From Saprospira grandis DSM 2844 (GTDB lineage Bacteria > Bacteroidota > Bacteroidia > Chitinophagales > Saprospiraceae), in the NCBI RefSeq assembly GCF_000275825.1, contig NZ_JH719942.1, positions 1,124,988 through 1,175,807 of the forward strand: DNA of 50,820 nt, given 5' to 3'. Positions 45,981 through 50,820 of the stretch are shown here, in pieces. A program made the position numbers and the translations under genes. The notes beneath the pieces are model-generated. The model did not search any database. It worked only from the letters and a program-made list of their open reading frames with translations, and was not told the origin of the DNA. The stretch's first letter is position 1; every line of letters begins with the position of its first letter.

Positions 45981-47840
45981 TTACTCTTCGTCCTGATTAT
46001 CTTTCTCTTGATTTTCGATTTGCTCGCGCAATTGGGCAAAAACGTTGAGGTCACCCATAGTGCTACGCTCTACTTTATCTTGCTGCTTACGCATTTCATC
46101 TTGAGATTCGCGGTTTTGGCGACGTTTGTCATCGCGTTCTTGGCGGTCTGCATCTTTCTTGCTATCGTTATAATAGCGAGAGTGAGATACGAGGATACGC
46201 TTATCATCGCGGTTAAACTCGATTACTTTGAAGAGCAAAGTTTCCTCTACTTCTGCGAGGCTACCATCTTCTTTCTTCACGTGGCGGAGAGGCGCGAAAG
46301 CTTCTAGGCCGTAAGGAAGTTGAACGATAGCACCACGGTCGTCGCGGCGGAGGACAGTAGCTTCATGCACAGAGCCTACAGGGAAAACGTTCTCGAAAGT
46401 ATCCCAAGGGTTTTCTTCGAGTTGTTTGTGGCCCAAAGAGAGCTTGCGGCTATCTACATCGACATCAAGGATCATGATATCTAGGATTTCGCCTACTTTG
46501 GTAAACTCGGCAGGGTGGCCATAGCGCTTAGTCCAAGAGAGGTCAGAGATATGGATCATACCGCCGATACCTTCTTCGAGCTCCAAGAATACGCCATAAG
46601 GAGTAAGGTTTTTGACCTCGCCTTTGTGCGTACTATTTTTGGGGTAGCGTTCTTCGATAGTTGCCCAAGGATCATCGCTAAGCTGCTTAAGGCTTAGAGA
46701 CATCTTGCGCTCTTCGCGGTCGATAGTCACCACTTTAGCTTCGTGGATAGTCCCTTCTTTGAAGTAATCGCGAGAGTTGATAGGCTGGCTGCTCCAAGAC
46801 ACCTCAGAAACGTGGATAAGACCTTCTACACCGGGAGTGATTTCTAGGAAAGCACCATAATCCTCGATGTTTACGATACGGCCTTTAACGGTAGAACCGG
46901 GCTGCACGTCTTCAGGCAATACGTCCCATGGGTGGGGTTGTAGTTGCTTGAGGCCCAAAGAGATACGTTTTTTGTCATCATTGAAGTCAAGAACAACAAC
47001 GTTAAGTTTCTGGCCATTCTCTAGCACATCGCTGGGGTGCTTAATACGTCCCCAAGAGATATCTGTGATATAAAGAAGACCATCTACGCCACCCAAATCG
47101 AGGAATGCGCCAAAGTCGGTAAGGTTCTTTACAGTACCTTCTAGGACCTGACCGCGTTCCAATTTAGAGATGATTTCTTGACGTTGAGCTTCCAAGTCGC
47201 TTTCGATAAGCGCTTTGTGAGAAACAACAGCGTTTTTGATCGCTTCGTTGATTTTCACTACCTTGAACTCCATAGTTTTACCTACGTATGCATCATAATC
47301 AACGATAGGTTTGATGTCGATTTGAGAACCGGGCAAGAAAGTTTCTAGGCCCTGAACGTCTACGATCATACCACCTTTTGTCTTGCTGATGATATGTCCT
47401 TTAACGACAGTACCTTCGTTGTAAGCGTTAACGATGCTTTCCCAAGCGCGAAGCAATTTTGCTTTGCGGCGAGACAAAACAAGCTGTCCACGCTTATCCT
47501 CTTGAGTTTCTACGTATACCTCAACAACATCGCCTACGGCTAGTTCGGGCATATCGCGGAATTCTGAAGTGGGCACCAATCCGTCAGACTTGTAGTTCAA
47601 GTCGATAACTACATCGCCATCTTGGATAGCGACTACGCGACCACCAACGATTTCGTACTCTTTTACAGAGCTCAAAGTTTCGTCGTACTCGGCAGTTAGT
47701 TTGGCCATTTCTTCAGCAGAGTAAGCTGACTCACCAGATCTGCTAGAGGTCCAATCAAAATCGTCGTGAGCAACTACTACTTGCTCTTGCTCTTGCTCTT
47801 GCTGGTTCTCCAGCTCCTGATTATTAGTTTCGTTTTCCAT
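45981..47840 (-). CDS. rpsA: 30S ribosomal protein S1
   Basis: Six tandem S1 domains (a recurring GxVxGxV...GAFV pattern). The N- and C-terminal acidic/basic extensions are common in Bacteroidota S1. Confidence 0.9.
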   Translation of the reverse strand: MENETNNQELENQQEQEQEQVVVAHDDFDWTSSRSGESAYSAEEMAKLTAEYDETLSSVKEYEIVGGRVVAIQDGDVVIDLNYKSDGLVPTSEFRDMPELAVGDVVEVYVETQEDKRGQLVLSRRKAKLLRAWESIVNAYNEGTVVKGHIISKTKGGMIVDVQGLETFLPGSQIDIKPIVDYDAYVGKTMEFKVVKINEAIKNAVVSHKALIESDLEAQRQEIISKLERGQVLEGTVKNLTDFGAFLDLGGVDGLLYITDISWGRIKHPSDVLENGQKLNVVVLDFNDDKKRISLGLKQLQPHPWDVLPEDVQPGSTVKGRIVNIEDYGAFLEITPGVEGLIHVSEVSWSSQPINSRDYFKEGTIHEAKVVTIDREERKMSLSLKQLSDDPWATIEERYPKNSTHKGEVKNLTPYGVFLELEEGIGGMIHISDLSWTKRYGHPAEFTKVGEILDIMILDVDVDSRKLSLGHKQLEENPWDTFENVFPVGSVHEATVLRRDDRGAIVQLPYGLEAFAPLRHVKKEDGSLAEVEETLLFKVIEFNRDDKRILVSHSRYYNDSKKDADRQERDDKRRQNRESQDEMRKQQDKVERSTMGDLNVFAQLREQIENQEKDNQDEE

Positions 47841-47971
47841 AATTATGGAAGTTTCCCTTCCGGGACGGTTTAAAAATGTGAATAAATTAATGTTTGCATT
47901 TCCTAAAAAAGAAAAATGCTTGCAAAAGTAAGCTTTTGGGGCTTCTTTTACAAGCTATTATAGGTTTATTT

Positions 47972-49912
47972 TTACTCCTCTTCCCAAAAGGCTTCTAGGG
48001 CCAATTCGGCGGCTTCCCATTTTTCCATGGCTTCTTCTGTAGCCGCTTCATTTTCTTGATGTTTGGCTAAGGCTTTTTCATAATTGGGGGTTCCAAATTT
48101 GCTGCTATCGCCCAAGGTTTTTTCCAGTTTATTTTTCTCTTCTTCTAGTCGTTGCAGTTGTCGTTCTGCATTCTGGATATTTCTTTTGAGTTGTTTGAGG
48201 GCTTGCTTGACCGCTGGGTCGTTTTCATCTTTTTTGGGCTTGGCTTTTTTGCTGCTGCCGCTGTTGTTGGCCGTTTTGCCCAAAGAAACATCTCGCAGGC
48301 TGCCGTATTGGCGTTTTTTAAGGAAGTATTCAGAGTCGCCCAAATAGGTTTTGAGCTTCTTTTGGTCAAATTCAATAACTTTATCGGTCAAGCTATCCAA
48401 AAAGTCTCTATCGTGAGAAACCACCACCAAGGTCCCATCATAATGCAAAAGGGCCTCTTTCAAAATGGCCTTAGAAAGCATATCGAGGTGGTTGGTGGGT
48501 TCATCCAGTACCAATAAGTTGATGGGGTGCAAAAGCAAGCAGGCCATAGCTAGGCGGGCCCGTTCTCCTCCCGATAAAACCGATACTTTTTTGTCTACAT
48601 CCTCCCCCTTAAAGAGAAAGGAGCCCAAAATAGCCCGTAGTCGGGGACGCAGCTCGAAGGGGGCATCTTGTTCTATAGTTTCTAAAACGGTCTTTTTGGG
48701 GTCTAGGGCTTCGGCCTGATTCTGTGCATAGTAGCCCAAATGGACATTATGGCCCAATTCGCTTGTTCCGCCGGTGGGCAGCTGTTGGCCCACCATTATT
48801 TTCACTAAGGTCGATTTTCCCTCTCCGTTTTTGCCCATAAAGGCTAGGCGTTCGCCTCGGATGATGGTCAAATCTACCTCATTCAAGATCAAATTATCGC
48901 CATAGCTTTTGCTCAGCCCCTTAACAATGGCTACTCTTTCGCCAGAGCGAGGTGCTGGCGGAAACTCCAAACGCATCCGGCTGCTATCGCCATCTTCTAG
49001 CTCGATCCGCTGCATGCGGTCCAATTCCTTGATGAGCGATTGGGCCATTTTGGCCTTATTGGCCTTGGCTCTAAACTTATCGACTAGGGCTTCTTTGCGG
49101 GCAATTTCTTTTTGCTGCTGCTGAAAAGCCGACTGCATTTGGGCCTGCCGCTCTTCTCGCAATTCTAAATATCGAGAGTAGTTGGCTTTATAATCATGCA
49201 CTTTGCCCAACTCAATCTCAATGGTGCGCTGCGTCACCTTGTCCAAAAAGGCTTTATCGTGAGAAATTACAATCACGGCCCCTTCATAAGGCTGTAAAAA
49301 CTGCTCGAGCCAAATGATAGATTCAATATCCAAATGGTTGGTGGGCTCATCCAAAAGCAAAAGCTGTGGCCGCTGCAAGAGGATTTTGGCCAACTCGATC
49401 CGCATTTGCCAGCCCCCACTAAAAGTAGTGGTTTGTCGATCAAAATCACTGACCGAAAAGCCCAAGCCCATCAAGATTTTCTCGGCTTCGGCTTGCAAGC
49501 TTTGGCCACCAATCAAGGCCAGACGGTCGTTTAATTCCGATAATTCATGAATCAGCTCCATATAGCCATCGCTGCTATAATCGGTCCGCTCCTCCATTTC
49601 TTGCTGAATCTCTTCTAGGCGTTTTTCCATGGCCTGCGCCTTGGCAAAAGCCGTCATGGCCTCTTCCAACACCGTTTTGCCCTTGGGCAAGAGCATATCT
49701 TGATGCAAAAACCCGATGCTGAGGTCTTTAGGAGCGGCAATATTGCCTTGCATGGGCGCAATTTGTCCCGCAATAATCTTAAGCATAGTCGATTTCCCCG
49801 CCCCATTTCGGCCCGTCAGACCAATGCGGTCTTTTTCTCGCACCGTAAAGGAAACCTGGTCCAATAATCGGCGATCGCCATATTGTACATATATATTCTG
49901 AAGGTTCAGCAT
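47972..49912 (-). CDS. ABC-F family ATPase (tandem ABC domains, no TMD; Uup/YheS/EttA-like)
   Basis: Two sets of Walker A (GRNGAGKST; GKNGEGKST), signature (LSGGWQMR; LSGGERAR) and Walker B motifs, separated by a linker. There is a C-terminal coiled-coil. Confidence 0.9.
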   Translation of the reverse strand: MLNLQNIYVQYGDRRLLDQVSFTVREKDRIGLTGRNGAGKSTMLKIIAGQIAPMQGNIAAPKDLSIGFLHQDMLLPKGKTVLEEAMTAFAKAQAMEKRLEEIQQEMEERTDYSSDGYMELIHELSELNDRLALIGGQSLQAEAEKILMGLGFSVSDFDRQTTTFSGGWQMRIELAKILLQRPQLLLLDEPTNHLDIESIIWLEQFLQPYEGAVIVISHDKAFLDKVTQRTIEIELGKVHDYKANYSRYLELREERQAQMQSAFQQQQKEIARKEALVDKFRAKANKAKMAQSLIKELDRMQRIELEDGDSSRMRLEFPPAPRSGERVAIVKGLSKSYGDNLILNEVDLTIIRGERLAFMGKNGEGKSTLVKIMVGQQLPTGGTSELGHNVHLGYYAQNQAEALDPKKTVLETIEQDAPFELRPRLRAILGSFLFKGEDVDKKVSVLSGGERARLAMACLLLHPINLLVLDEPTNHLDMLSKAILKEALLHYDGTLVVVSHDRDFLDSLTDKVIEFDQKKLKTYLGDSEYFLKKRQYGSLRDVSLGKTANNSGSSKKAKPKKDENDPAVKQALKQLKRNIQNAERQLQRLEEEKNKLEKTLGDSSKFGTPNYEKALAKHQENEAATEEAMEKWEAAELALEAFWEEE

Positions 49913-49965
49913 GATTATTTTCTTTTAGTCGCCGCAAAAATAGCCTTTTTCTTTGAAATAATAAT

Positions 49966-50212
49966 TTTTTGGGGCCTCCGCTGCGGCCTGCGGCCTTGCG
50001 GCGGTTACTCCCTTTGGTCGTCGAACTGCGCCCTAAAGGGCTTGTTGTCGCTTTGCAGCTCGCTGAGGTTTTGGGGCCTCCGCTGCGGCCTGCGGCCTTG
50101 CGGCGCTACGTTTCGCAGCTCGCTACTCGCTCGGCCCTGCGGCCTGACGGCCTGGGTCTGCGGCTGCGCCGCACTGCTGCACATCGCTAGGCCGAATGGC
50201 CTTCGGCCATTT
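49966..50212 (+). repeat. Family A repeat, copy 19 (forward dimer; first unit carries module X, second is the CATCGCTAGGCC subtype)
   Basis: Two ttttggggcctccgctgcggcctgcggccttgcggcg heads, at about 49968 and 50079. The first is followed by the complement of module X (ggttactccctttggtcgtcgaactgcgccctaaagggcttgttgtcg). Confidence 0.8.
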
Positions 50213-50288
50213 TTTGATGAAAATTTCAGGCTAATTTTGCGTTTATAAATAAAAGTTACTACTTTTAGATAAACACAAAAACAAAGCA

Positions 50289-50820
50289 ATGAAAGCATTA
50301 GCCATTTTTCTATTTCACAGCTTCTTATTTATTAGCCCATTCAATACTATAAAAATGGATAATCATCAACTTTTTTTGGCAAAGCAGCAGCAGTATCAAG
50401 AAGATACAGCCCTTTATGAAGAAACCTTGGCCCAATATCAAGAGCTCTATGCGCTTTATCAGGAGCTTCCTGCAGAGGATCCCGATCGCCCGAGTCTGAA
50501 GGCGGCTTTACTCAAGACCAAAGCGGGCCTAAAGGCCTTTAAGCCGCAGCTCAAAATGGAAAAGGCCAATTTGGAGCAGCTATTTTTGGCCCTTAAGGAA
50601 GAGGATATACCCAAAACTGACTTTTTGGTACAATTTGCCCAAAACGCTCAAAAAGTTGCGTTAAAAGCACGAAAGCTGCAAGGCAACATTCAAAAGAACC
50701 AGTGGGAGGAAATCTTATACCTAAATGATCTTCACATCAGCTTTTCTGAAGGTAAAAAGCTCAAAGTTTGCCGTCTAATTGCAGCAGATATTAAGGCTTT
50801 AGTAGAGCAGGCAGACAACA
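50289..50820 (+). CDS. Hypothetical protein (5' partial at the window end; secreted or coiled-coil)
   Basis: Open frame from the ATG at 50289 to the window edge with no stop (177 codons). It begins with a hydrophobic N-terminus (MKALAIFLFHSFLFISPF). It is missing from the supplied track because it has no in-window stop. Confidence 0.4.
   Translation, partial: MKALAIFLFHSFLFISPFNTIKMDNHQLFLAKQQQYQEDTALYEETLAQYQELYALYQELPAEDPDRPSLKAALLKTKAGLKAFKPQLKMEKANLEQLFLALKEEDIPKTDFLVQFAQNAQKVALKARKLQGNIQKNQWEEILYLNDLHISFSEGKKLKVCRLIAADIKALVEQADN

Noticed and set aside
1-50212. Family A repeats as integron attC sites or as REP/RAYT-type elements
   Set aside because: There is no integron integrase, no attI and no cassette-like promoterless gene arrangement, and the elements sit between ordinary core genes. 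Classical REPs are single palindromes of about 35 bp, whereas these are 120-250-bp multi-module units. No RAYT/TnpA-Y1 gene is present in the window. Mobilisation by a distant enzyme cannot be excluded.

Overview
This 50.8-kb window looks like a chromosomal segment from a Bacteroidota genome: two proteins carry C-terminal T9SS (Por) sorting domains, and hemJ, a GYDIA-type GHMP kinase and an ECF sigma/anti-sigma pair are present. Most of the content is housekeeping genes: uvrC, a TrmH/SpoU methyltransferase, a PfkB kinase, two tandem tRNA-Asn genes, an MqnC/MqnE-like radical-SAM enzyme, rpmI-rplT, tsaB, rpsA and an ABC-F ATPase. The accessory content is a gene for an S8 protease and a 1672-aa thrombospondin-type-3-repeat adhesin, both T9SS cargo. 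There is also a 1127-aa fusion of a PD-(D/E)xK nuclease with an Upf1-like SF1 helicase (a candidate Nhi-like defense gene), and a 1056-aa protein I cannot place in any family. The most striking feature is not a gene. Nearly every intergenic region holds a copy of one modular, GC-rich, hairpin-dense repeat family: 19 copies, about 6% of the window, in both orientations, roughly 120-250 bp each. The conserved cores are separated by hairpins whose stems differ between copies through compensatory base changes. The copies fall into two subfamilies by their 3' module, and some carry an optional inserted module or occur as dimers. Many of the six-frame ORFs in the supplied track are simply translations of these repeats and should not be called genes. 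A second repeat family of about 150 bp has two copies, one of them with terminal inverted repeats. There is also a 42-bp x 8 in-frame minisatellite and a short 22-bp tandem repeat. Several clean rho-independent terminators are visible, some of them feeding directly into the T-rich end of a repeat element. I recognise no CRISPR array, rRNA, transposase or integrase.
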